Assembly: GCF_037042905.1 (NCBI RefSeq)
Contig: NC_087251.1
Location: 3,226,001 to 3,290,000 of the forward strand
From: Lytechinus pictus
Lineage: Eukaryota
Direction of reading: 5' to 3'
DNA: 64,000 bases
Translations under genes and position numbers: made by a program
Shown here: positions 41,401 through 53,400 of the stretch, one piece after another
Position numbering within the stretch: the stretch's first letter is position 1
How the letters are laid out: every line of letters starts with the position of its first letter
Notes under the pieces: model-generated
What the model was told of the DNA's origin: nothing
The model's database searches: none
What the model saw: the letters and a program-made list of their open reading frames with translations, nothing else

Positions 41401-44400
41401 TAATAATAGGCCACATGGTCTTATTTTACCTGATCATGATAGATTTCAAGTAGTGGTTGTCTGTCCCGGGAATCATATACTTTGAAGAACCTTTGAGATA
41501 CACAAACATAAAGAATAGCCTAGATAATACAATATACTTCATCAAAACAAATTCATAGCAATAAGAAATATATGCTGTTCTTGTAAAGCACATACATAAC
41601 ACATTACGGGTTAATATATTTTTGCAATTCCTTAGAACTTTTGGATGATATAACTCTCACTTCAGCTTGGGTAACCTTAGATATAAGAAGGCTCCAAATG
41701 TTTTAATGACTCTTACTACACTCTAAAATCACTAAAACACTAGAATTTATATATTAAAACCTGAATAAAAAACAGGAATAAAACAAGAATACTTAATTAC
41801 AGAAAATAGTTAATATTTTGCATTTTAGAATAAAATATTGAATACCTTTCCAAGAATGGAACCAAGATTGCTTTGACTTTGTCCCCTGCAAAGAAGTTTG
41901 GTTGCATAGTGGGTAATGGAGCAGTGTCTTCCAGGTCAAAGTTGATAGGAGGGGGTAGTGTGCTTCCATCCTGTTTACAAACAAAGAATAGGAATGGTTT
42001 GAAATCATTCTCCTTTACACTGTATACTTCAAAACCTATACACTGAAATAGCACCCCCCCCCCCTTTACTACATGAACTGAATAAATGCATATGTAAATA
42101 ATTAAATAAATAATTAAATAAATAAATAAATGAATAAATAAATAAGTAAACAAATAAATAAATATATAAATAAATGAAAATGAATAAATTGACAAATAAA
42201 CAGAAATAAACAATTCACTAATCAATAAACAAAGTAACAACGAATGCTACTAAATGACCAACTAACAGAATTAATCTCATTAGATTTCATTCAATGGTGT
42301 GTACAAACTTTAAGTTTGGAGTATTAATACATGTTCTCATTATTCAAGAAAGTTTCATAAGATATGAAGCTAAACTCCATGAGTTGACCAGAAACAGAAA
42401 AAAATACTGTTGGGTCTATTGTATTTACATAAGTCTCCATATCAAAATTTATTTAAATACCATTTACCTTTGACCATGAAATCAACATATAAGAGGTTCA
42501 CCCTCTTCTCATGAAGTAAAAATGACATTGATAACAATCTACTCACCAAGATCTCTACCTTGGGAAATCTTGATCGAACAGCGCTGAAAAAAAAGAAAAA
42601 AATTAGGATCAGCTTCTGCAATAGCAACTAGATAGTATACTAAAGTACCCTTTGCAAATTCGAGTAATTTTTTATTAGAATTTGAACATTACCATATAAC
42701 ACACACTCTTGAGCAGATTTAATAAAGTTGCGATTGGGATGGAAACGGGTGATTTCAAGTTCAGTGTTGGTGGCGACGTTCACAATTCAGATTGCCTTCC
42801 CTAGCTCCATTAACTAATGTGAGTTTACCAAGATGATCCAAATCACACTGATAGCTCAACAATCACTAAGAAGAGTCCTAGAACCAGCTTCAATTGAAGC
42901 TTTGTGTTGTGTTTATATAAAAATTTGACCCAACAACGAACTTGAAATCACTCAATAACTGATTTACTTGATATTTACCCAGTCTGCTAAAACACAAAAC
43001 TTTATGCCTAGTGATTGATTTGAATGAGATAAAAGTATGTTACGATACATTTTGTACCATGTAAGACTGATATAAAGAAAGCAATATGATCAGTATTTCT
43101 ATTATTGTGAAAGAGAGACAGAAGAAACAAGAAACCTCATGAAAGTTGCAGAATATTATCAAACAGGTTGTAACAAGTAAAGATTCTGAATGATTCTCCA
43201 CAAACAATTCCATTCCTCAAATATTTAAGAAAATCACAGGACTACTGCAGCTCATATGAAAAGTACACTCTATATGAACTTGAAAGCAAAGCAGCAAAGT
43301 GATGTTGACTGTAGGTGGTATGTCCAGTGATCAAAAGGGCTCAATGATGGCAATAAAGAAACTTACCTCCATACTCACTGAATGGTTGTAGATAACACAA
43401 ACTCAGATCTAAATGTTTATGTTAAAATTTAGTTTCCCTTTTTTTCTACCAGGTTATTAAACTTCATATTGTTGACACTTAGAATTCCCAGAGCAGAAAA
43501 ATATATGAGGGACTTGCTAAATGGAGTGCCATGTATTCAAGGCCAGCTTGAGCATGAATTCATATATTAACGAAAAAATTGGCGCAAATTCTCGGACTGT
43601 CCCAGACGCTTTGCTTCTGGAGAAAGTATTTCCAATTTATCTTTCCAGAGAGTCTATGAATTGAACAAATTTGTACAAACCCTGATTTATACTTATTTTC
43701 TTTAACATTAATTTTATATTATATACCAACAAACAGAGATGAATGAAATGGAAAGGACTGGGTTACAAAAGCAGACATAACATAAGAGCAAATAGGTATG
43801 AAGTGAGCACATCAAATACCAGTGAAATGAAAAATCAAGGATGAAAATAGTGTCAAATTTTCATGACCTTTTCCAGTTGATACAAAGCATACCGAGTACA
43901 ACAATGCCAAACATGCCCTATCCAAAGCTTAGACTTGAATGGATATGATGTGAAGTGCCCATTTTGGGCTATTTGCTCTCATAATTTCTTTTTTTTTCTT
44001 CAGAGCAATGGGTTTGGAAACCTTATACTGTAGATATTTCTCATACTTCAGGTACAAAGATCAAGATGATGTTTAATTCATCTGTGTAGTCGTGCGTGTT
44101 TGAGCTACTTCTTCAGTGAGGAGCAGAGGTGTAACGATGGCAAGCCCCCGTTTGAGCATCTGTCTTAGGTTGCCCTCTTACAATGAGGATCTTACCCGTC
44201 ATGGACGCTCTAAACAGTCGGGACCCGCAGTGACTATTGTCACATGATGAGGTGGTTCCTGGATCTTCATCTGTTGGTTCTCTTTAAGTTGTGCCTTTGA
44301 TGCATTCCAAGAATCTTGAAGATACCAGTAGAGTGACTTCTGTTGTAATGATAATAACTTCACACTCATACTTGCATCAGGTTGATATATCAGGAAAACT

Positions 44401-47400
44401 TGTGCCAACATCTTCTCAAGACATGGAGAAATGCATCCATTGCATAGATGAATCACCAAATTTGTAAGGTAATAACTGAAAGCAGCTTCTTTTCATCTTT
44501 ACATTCCTTCAACTTGTTTTTGCTGATTTTCATCTGTATCTCAACAGAAGACTTACAGAATCATTATGAATATGAGCAAAGTTTGGCAATGTATACTAAA
44601 TAGCAAATATACTCCTGGTTTTCTATTTATTTCATTGGGAAGATTATCATAGCCTGGTATTTGAAAGAGTTCACTCCATTCTAAAACAGATTTTACAAAG
44701 GAGTTGGAAGGAAGAAATGATAACATAAATAGGATAAAGAAAGAAGAAAAAACACAGCACTACATATACCACAGGATGAAATAGTGCTAGATGATATGCA
44801 ATTTCCAAATCAAAATCCTTTGAAGATCATTGAGCAAATAGTTTAATGGTCTCTTTATGTTTGTATATGACATGAAAATTATATTTATCATGAGGGGAAA
44901 AAAATGAAAACCAATTAGATAAATAAAGCCCTGTTTTCATTCTCTGATTTTCACAGATACCCTACCTCTCAGAAATGGTAATTCTTCAAAGGGAAGATGA
45001 AAAAAAAGAAGATATTTTCATCAAGTGACAGAACATTCAATGGAAAGAGAAGATACAATGTAGGTAGGTAATGTCAGCTGGAATCAATTATCTATTCACC
45101 AAAAGAGAAAAAGGAAAACAAAATGACCATAGACTAGCAAGTAGTCAGTAGGGAGCTTTACTACACTTAGAGCAGATAGGCACTAAAACACACTGTACGT
45201 GCAAGGGATACATTTTGTCAAAGCAAACAATGTATACACTGTAAATTCACCAAGACATGCCAGTATCTTATGTGAAAGAGAAGAGAACATTAGAATACAT
45301 TGAGGATTAAACAACTTTGATTGGCTCAAATGAATGGCATGGTGCAAGGTACAAAGGACTCGAAACCAACAACATTCCTATTTCTCTTAGGATGAAAACC
45401 AAGGGCACTGCCATATCAAGCAAACCCTATTGGTAGCATCTCAGGACCAGATGACATCTTGTTGCTTGGTAACAAGATGCTATCCTCCTGGAACCAACCT
45501 CCAGCTTGGAACCCTCTGGAATCATTCAGCCATACCTGATATATGTTGATTGTTCTCTGAAGTTATCACATAGAGGGTTACCATCGAGAGTCAACTCCTT
45601 TAGCTTGAGTCCTTTCAGATTGTCTAGCTCTCCTTCAGATCTCAACTATTATACACATACAAATTACAAACATATACAAAAAAATATGGTTTGATTGTAT
45701 TCCTTTCTGGCAATTTCTCATTCGTGTATTTGATTGTACATGTCTAGTTACAACACTTGATACTTTTGTACAACATTGCACCCCCCCCCCCTCTCAAATT
45801 TTCCTGCAGTGCTCTGATTTCTATTCATATGATCAAAACATAAGAGTTTCCATGATCAAGAATAGGATTTGAAAATGATCAAAAAACCAAGAAATTTGAT
45901 TTTGATTTGATTTTATAGCATTTACTCCATTCATCATAAAAAACAGAACAAAACATGATACATTCACCTTTACAAAAACTACACAATTACGTAATAACTC
46001 TTTTTAACATTCACTCCAATGGAGTATATGTATAAATGATATATGAAAATATAAAAATGTACTTACATTGTTACGTGCCAGGCTGAGTGTTGTGATATTT
46101 GGCATCTTTAGCGGTAGATCAGACATGCTCTTTAGATTGTATAGTTTGTTAGCATCAAGTTGAAGCATTGTCATCTAGAAAATAAATTTAAAAGATAACT
46201 TAGTCATTTTAGTCCAAACTGCAGTATAATGGTATCTAAATATAAATACTCAATTTAATGCTTTTTTTGAAAGGGCAGAATAGTTAAGTCAAGCAAAAAA
46301 AAGATACCTATTATAGGAATGTATTGTATTTTATACATAACAGATAAGAGCTAATGAAATGTGAAAAAGTATTCTGCCAAGAACTGTCAAAAGAAGAAAC
46401 TCTGTGGAATGAGTGTCTTAGTGGGAAAATGTGGCACTGTTTTATTTGGAAATATATATATTTCTATATTTTAGAAATTGGGGGTTATGGGACTCCAATT
46501 CCTTTATCATCAAGTAGAACGAGGAGAATAAATCGAAAATCAATTTTGAAAAGAATCACTTGCTTCCTTTTGTAAGTGGACAGAAGTATTATCATTAGTT
46601 ATAAATCTATTACAAAATACCACACAACAGTAATGATACTGCTTCCTTGACCTACATGAGAAAAGATTCTGCCAAAAAAAATTGGTAAATATGTTTTCAA
46701 AAAAGATAAACATCTTACTAGGCCTGGGACTTTCGGGTATTTTTGTTTTCGGGTACCCGTGGCAATTTTCGGGCGGGTACCCGAAATTCATGTCGCATGA
46801 AATATGACTGGTGGAAAAATCCCACAGGTGACGTCATCCAGCCACTGCGCCGCAAGCAAACTTATGAATGAAAATATAGTAAGCATGCGCAGTGCAAGCC
46901 TCCCGTGCCCCACGCAGTATTCCATCAAAACAAGTCTGCAATACTCTGTCACCTCGTACCAAAATCGACCTAGAATTCCACTTTCCTTTATTTGATATTA
47001 ATTATGAAAGGTATTCTCAGAGGATCTGTTTTCTTACCGATATCACACAGGTAAGCAAATTTTGATTACTTCTTGCTTTCCCGTCAAAATCTTACGAAGT
47101 AGCGTCGATATTACATCGTGTTCGTGAGTTTGTAGAATCTATCACTACATGCACAAAGTCAATTGATTTCCGGGTAGTTTCGGAGCGCCGAATGCGCCAG
47201 CAAATCACGATCGGGTTACCATAAGGTATATCGCTAATCAGAACCGCAATGCATCACGGGATCGAAAGGGGGGCCGTTAGCTAGCTCTGCACGTGCGCAG
47301 AGCTAGCTAACGGCCCCGTTTTCGATCCCATGATGCATTGCGATTCTGATTAGCGATAAACCTTATTTTCGGTTTATGATGAACTGAAAATGGTAACACG

Positions 47401-50400
47401 AACGTGGTTGGCTGGCACTTCGTATGCTAAAGCTGCAATTAAGAAACATGGCGACGATCGAACGATCTCAGTCACATCATCACTTGAAAAACTTGTATAC
47501 TTTTGTGGGCAATGAGTTACAATCATGTCTTACACTATGCACTACGCAAATACGTTATTGGTAAGCAATTTTCGGGTATCGGGTATTGATTTTTCTACCC
47601 GGGTACCAAAGGCTTCCGGGCGGGACCCGGGTTTTAGTCCCAGCCCTACATCTTACAACTATTTCAAGAACACAAATGAAGAACAGTAAGAGGAAATTTT
47701 TTTTTTTTTTAATTACCTCTGGAATGTTTTCAGTAATTATTTTAAGGATTGCAGCAAAGTGGGCTGGTCTTTCTACAATGAGGAACAGCTTTCCTTTCAA
47801 ATCTGTTTAAAAAAAAAATAATGCAGTATATCAATTATCTTTTTACAACATTCAGATTAACTAGAAGCAGAGAATTCAATGTCAAATAAATTTACTTGAA
47901 AAAAAAACCCTCCACAAACATCCAAATTTGGTGAAAGAGGGAGCTCTATACAGCTCTGCTACGTCTCATTGACTTGAGCATTTTTCTTTTACCTCATGCA
48001 AAATCTCATACCATTGCACTCATGTCTTTTCGCTATTTGTATACCATCTGGACCCAGGAACATAACAGATAACAATCAACTGCTCAACATATTATAAATC
48101 AACTGCAAATTACAACTGTATCTCTTCATATTACATAGTCCTGGATGGGGATTAACATTACTACTCACCAGCATCATTTGTCAGATTCCCAAGGTCTAGT
48201 GATTTGGCAGAAGGATCATAACGTCTGCTCATAACTTGTTTGAGTAGATCAAGATCTTTATCATTAAACACTGATTTCATGGGTGGTCTGCATGGACGAG
48301 TCTGAATGATGATCTGTGGGGAATTACACAGAATGTTACACTTTGTGTGATTGTCTTTTTTTTTCATAAAAGAAATCAAGTAAACAATTTAAGTGATTAC
48401 AAGATGAATTTCTTAGAACTGATGATGAATATTGATCATCTATTTACTTCACTCCTTCTTTTCACTTCATAGCAACAAGATCATGTTGATTTTACAGCTC
48501 AAAGAAAGGGAGACCAGACTTCAATTCTGATCTATTCATGGCATATCACTTATCAAATATAACCCTTTTGAAGAACTTTTAACAAAGAGCTAAACCTGAT
48601 TTAAGATCATGCCTTAGAGCCATCATGGACATGTTATTTAAGCACACAATCTCACTGCTGACTTGTCAATAGTGGAAAGCCCTAAGCTGAATCTGGTTAA
48701 TGTGATGTGTTTTATCCTGCAAGCAATTCACCCTGTACTCTTTATAAAACACCCCAAGAGCTTGTTAAAATTGAACTCAAGAATCATCTTTCCAAAATAA
48801 TATAATTAATTCAGGGAAATCTGCTTAAGACACTGCTTCTACTGGGCACAAATGAAACTTCTTCTCTAAAAATAGGTTTCAGAATTACACTCTCTATAGT
48901 CCAGACCCATTCACGACTTCTCTGAGAAAGATGGTTTTGTGACATTTTACACAGACTAAATACTTTGTGTTGCATTTTTTACATATATACACACCAACAG
49001 GTGGGGGTTAATATTTTTTGTATTACCACTGTTTATTCTTTTTCTTTAACTCTGACTGATTCTGTTATTTCAAAATTACATATTTTTAGAATCAAATGAC
49101 AATTTAGAGGGTCAAATTTGCAACTTTTTGAAAGTCACTTGTATTTTATACAGTTAGAGGGTAAATTTGCCCTTTGTCCCACTGTCTTTTAAAGAGTTTT
49201 AGGAGCTTCCAATCCATGTTCCCAAGAAAGAAAGCATACTGCATAATAGGTGATTTCAAGGTTGGTATTGACATTGGAAGCACAATTCAGATTGCCTGCT
49301 TGCAATACCTACAAGTAGTCTGAGCTTACAAATAATTATTATTAATGACTCAAAACCTAGTGAGATTGGTCCCAGGACCAACTTCTTTTAAACTTTGGTA
49401 AAAATGTAAAAATCAAGCTCACGCAACACCAAAATGTCAACAACAAGCTTGAAATCACCAAATCTTCACAGACATTTGAAGCAGTACTTATTACATAAAC
49501 ATTCTATTCTCTAGATTACCTTGTATCCACTTGGTGTTGTTATTCTGGTGCTAACATCTTTCAAAGCTTCACCAGTAGCTAAATCGTCCACATAAAAGAT
49601 TGCATTCTGATTATCATAAGTAAACTAAAATAGGAGTAAAAATACAGAAAATAATGAAAGAATGAGATTGTTTTCAAATCAATTTAACATATAATAATAA
49701 TAATAATACAGGGTGTTTATATATTGTGCACATATTCAGCTTGCTCAAGGCGCTCCTTTATGTTGACAGAATACACAATATGTTAATACCTCTTATAATA
49801 ACATGCTTCAGCATTATGAGATAAATTAGGTACTAAACTAATGTTAAGTAAATAAGGCTGTCAAATTTTTTTCATCTGCAATTTTATGAAACATCATCAT
49901 AAAAGTGAGTAGATTGCCATGATTGAAAGACAACGAGTCATAACAAGTCATGACAAAGTAATCATAGGGGAAAATACTTAATTCAATAAGTTAAAACTTT
50001 AATTTCAAAAACAAAAATGAAAGAAACCATACCTATCATTTGTATAGACCATTTACCAGTATAGCAAAAAAGAAAGTAAGAAAAAGCATTTGGATACAGC
50101 ATATAACGGCCTGAGGTATAGATAAACATGAAAATCCTTTATTCTTGACTGTTGATTAGCATTACCTCTTGTGGTATAAAAGGTTCTTTACAAGCACCTT
50201 GGATAGTCTTGATGAGCCATTCCTTTTCACTCTTCTTCCCATATGGTATCTGGTAAGAAAATGAAACAATTAAGCCTGAGTCGAATCGATTTTAAAATCG
50301 GTGTTCGATCGATGTCATCGAACGCCGGTGCAGATTTTGCAAAATCGGTGGATAGAAAAAAAATAAAAATACGTCGGCCGGCCGATTCATTTGGTTAACA

Positions 50401-53400
50401 CAATCAAACATCAAAATAAACAGTAATATCCAACTTGACTACTACTTACTTAATTTATATTGCCCCCAAAATGAAACCGATTGTGTGTAAATATGATGCC
50501 TATTCCCCATTAATTTGAAGTTTTTTTCGGTCATAGTTCGAGTCTTACTCGTCTACCCGGCTCGTCTGCTCGTGCTGAGATAAATTTAGGCACGATGAAT
50601 TTATGAATGGAAGTCGCCATTGATCGTGCTTTAATCAAATCAGAAAATGGCCGGAAAATTGACGCGATCAACGTAAAATAAATCTTGCTTTCATGAACAA
50701 TATTAATATGACAATAGAACATGATTTAATCGTAATATTTAACAATAGGCCTAATTAGCATATGATAATCATTCATATGAATTTAGAGCTTGATGTGAAA
50801 CGTTTGTATTTCGTTTCAATTTTCAATGGCGGACATCACATGACGATCGACTTGAGCGAGTGCACTTGTCTAAAAAATAATTATCACGTCAGGATCGATT
50901 CTCGAACATTTTCAACATGTAGAAACTCTTTTGAAGATTGTAATATCACCATATAATAACATTTTACATGACAAAACAGAGAAAAATTGCGTTTGATATT
51001 TTTTCCCATCAATTTGAAGCTAGTTTGTGCCAATTTTTGGGCTCTGATTTCATGAACGGAAAATATGTCAGACGTCATCGACCGCGCATGCGCATTGTGC
51101 TTCTTTTCTCGGAGCTCGGAGACGTCCAGAGATGGAATAAAAATAAAAATAATGCCAGTATAATACTATTAATTCTTCTAATGAACATAACATATACTTT
51201 GCTGACATCGTCAATATTTTTAGTATGGCCATAAAAATCTTATCGTAATTATTTAACATCCAATAATAATTTATATGAATTTAGAGCTCGATCCGAGACA
51301 TTCGTATTTATTTCGATCACAAGCTCTTGTGTCTAAAATAAAAAATGGATTATCATTATCAGGAATAATTTTCGAACATCGTCATAACTCATATTCCACA
51401 ATCTTTCCTCACAATCGTTATGTCAGCATTGAATACCAATTCAAATGATCATCCAGAGAAAATTACATATTTATTCCCATCTATTTATTTGGAGCTATTT
51501 TTTTTTCCAACTACTCCGCCAACTACACAATCTCAGGCAAGTTACAGGGCTCTCCCCGCTGTTTGCACTTGTTAGATGGCGCTGGCAAGCGTGCATGTCG
51601 TTTCGGGAGAGTGAGTGTACGGGGCGCGCCGCGTACGGGGCTAGCTGCGGACGGGGCTGGTGTGTGCGAGGCTGGACTGCGAATGCTAGCTGACCGAAAA
51701 TCATTCGGATCGACTCTGCGTGATTCATGTCTTTAATATTGTTTCATTTTAAACTTATATTTTATCATCTGCAAATAACATTGTTGAGGATATTTTGGGA
51801 AGAATCCTGCATTGCTCCCCTGCATTGCTCCCCGGCCTTTTTCGTGTTTTGTGATCATGGAAAATATGAACGAACTTTGCTCTGTCATCTGCTTTTGCAA
51901 CGCTCACCCGGCCATCCAGAGCAGACCGTCAGGGCGTCAGTGCATGTAGTGCATGCATAGTGCATCGACGGCCGGCCGGCCGGAGCAAAAAAATTTCCAC
52001 GCCTTAAACATTCGATGCATCGATGTTCGATCGAATTAAAGCTGTCGAACACCGGTTTTCAAAATAATCGATATGACTCAGGCTTAGAAACAATGATTCT
52101 AAATATAATTTTGATACTTAAATAATAAAATGCATATAACTATAAGATTCCAAGCCATTGGGTAACATGTTGTGATTAGCACTGACCTACCTACATAAAT
52201 GTATTGATCATAAAAAAGCAACAAAAAAAGAACCCAAAAAATTGTATTAAAGAGCACCACTATTTGTCTAAAAACAAAGAAATAAATGAGAAAGGAAACT
52301 AGAATTTTTCTGACAAAGTTGTTAGAAATATTGCTGATTATCTAGGATTCTTTCAAGTCTTGGCCTTGAACATCATTTATCCATGACCATGTTCTTTTAT
52401 TGACTGGCTGCATCTCCTAATTATCTTTCCTTTTGTGTTTTTCAACCAGTAATTTATTCATGTCAATTTTTGTTCCACTTCATTTCATTTTCATCTTATA
52501 CAAAGAGTTATTATTCATATAGAAAAAAAATTACAATATATAGACCCCTAGACATGAATTTTCAAAGAATGCGTTATTTCCATATTCAGAAACATCAATT
52601 TAATATGGGAGCCCCTCTAAAAACAGCCAGATTATCTCATTATGTCCAACAGAGTACAAAAAGCATACTTACAGTAATTTTACACCATGTTTCGTCATCC
52701 CTTCCACTATGCCTAGAACCATCCTTAAATGGTAAACCTAGTCTTGACATAGAGCTTTGTGATGAACCTCCTCTTCTATCATTGTTCTGTGATCTCCTCT
52801 GGTTTGCTCCAGATTTACGGTTTCCATATGGATTACTGAAGGAGGTAAATATCACATTTAATATTCAGATAAATAACTCACTATCACAATATACATTTAT
52901 TTTCTTCCAACGATTCAGTTTGGAAGGATAACATTCTCTGAATATTTCTGCTACTGATGTACAAAAATTATCAAGAAGGTAAAGGAAGACACAAACAAAC
53001 AAATATTTTAATTAGTTACCAACTTTCTAAAGATGCTGAAACTAAGATTTAATTTATTATTGTCACTCTTTAACGTCATTGATTTTTCTCTTCAAAAATT
53101 AAACACAGTAATTAAGAGACAGAGGTATATTTTAGTTTCAAAATATTTAAAATAAATAGAACTTACAATCTCGAATTTGCTTTTGGATTGTCTCCATCAT
53201 CCATCGATACATCATCATCTTCTAATCTTGACCTTGGATGAACTTGGTCTGAATCCCTATTATTCATTCCTCCTCCAGCTCCATCCCCTCGATGACCTCC
53301 TCCTCCTCCTCCTCCTCTCCTTTTATCTCTTCTACCACCTCCACGACCTCCTCTCCATTTTCCTCCACCACCACTTCCTCCACCTCCACTGTTACCACTT

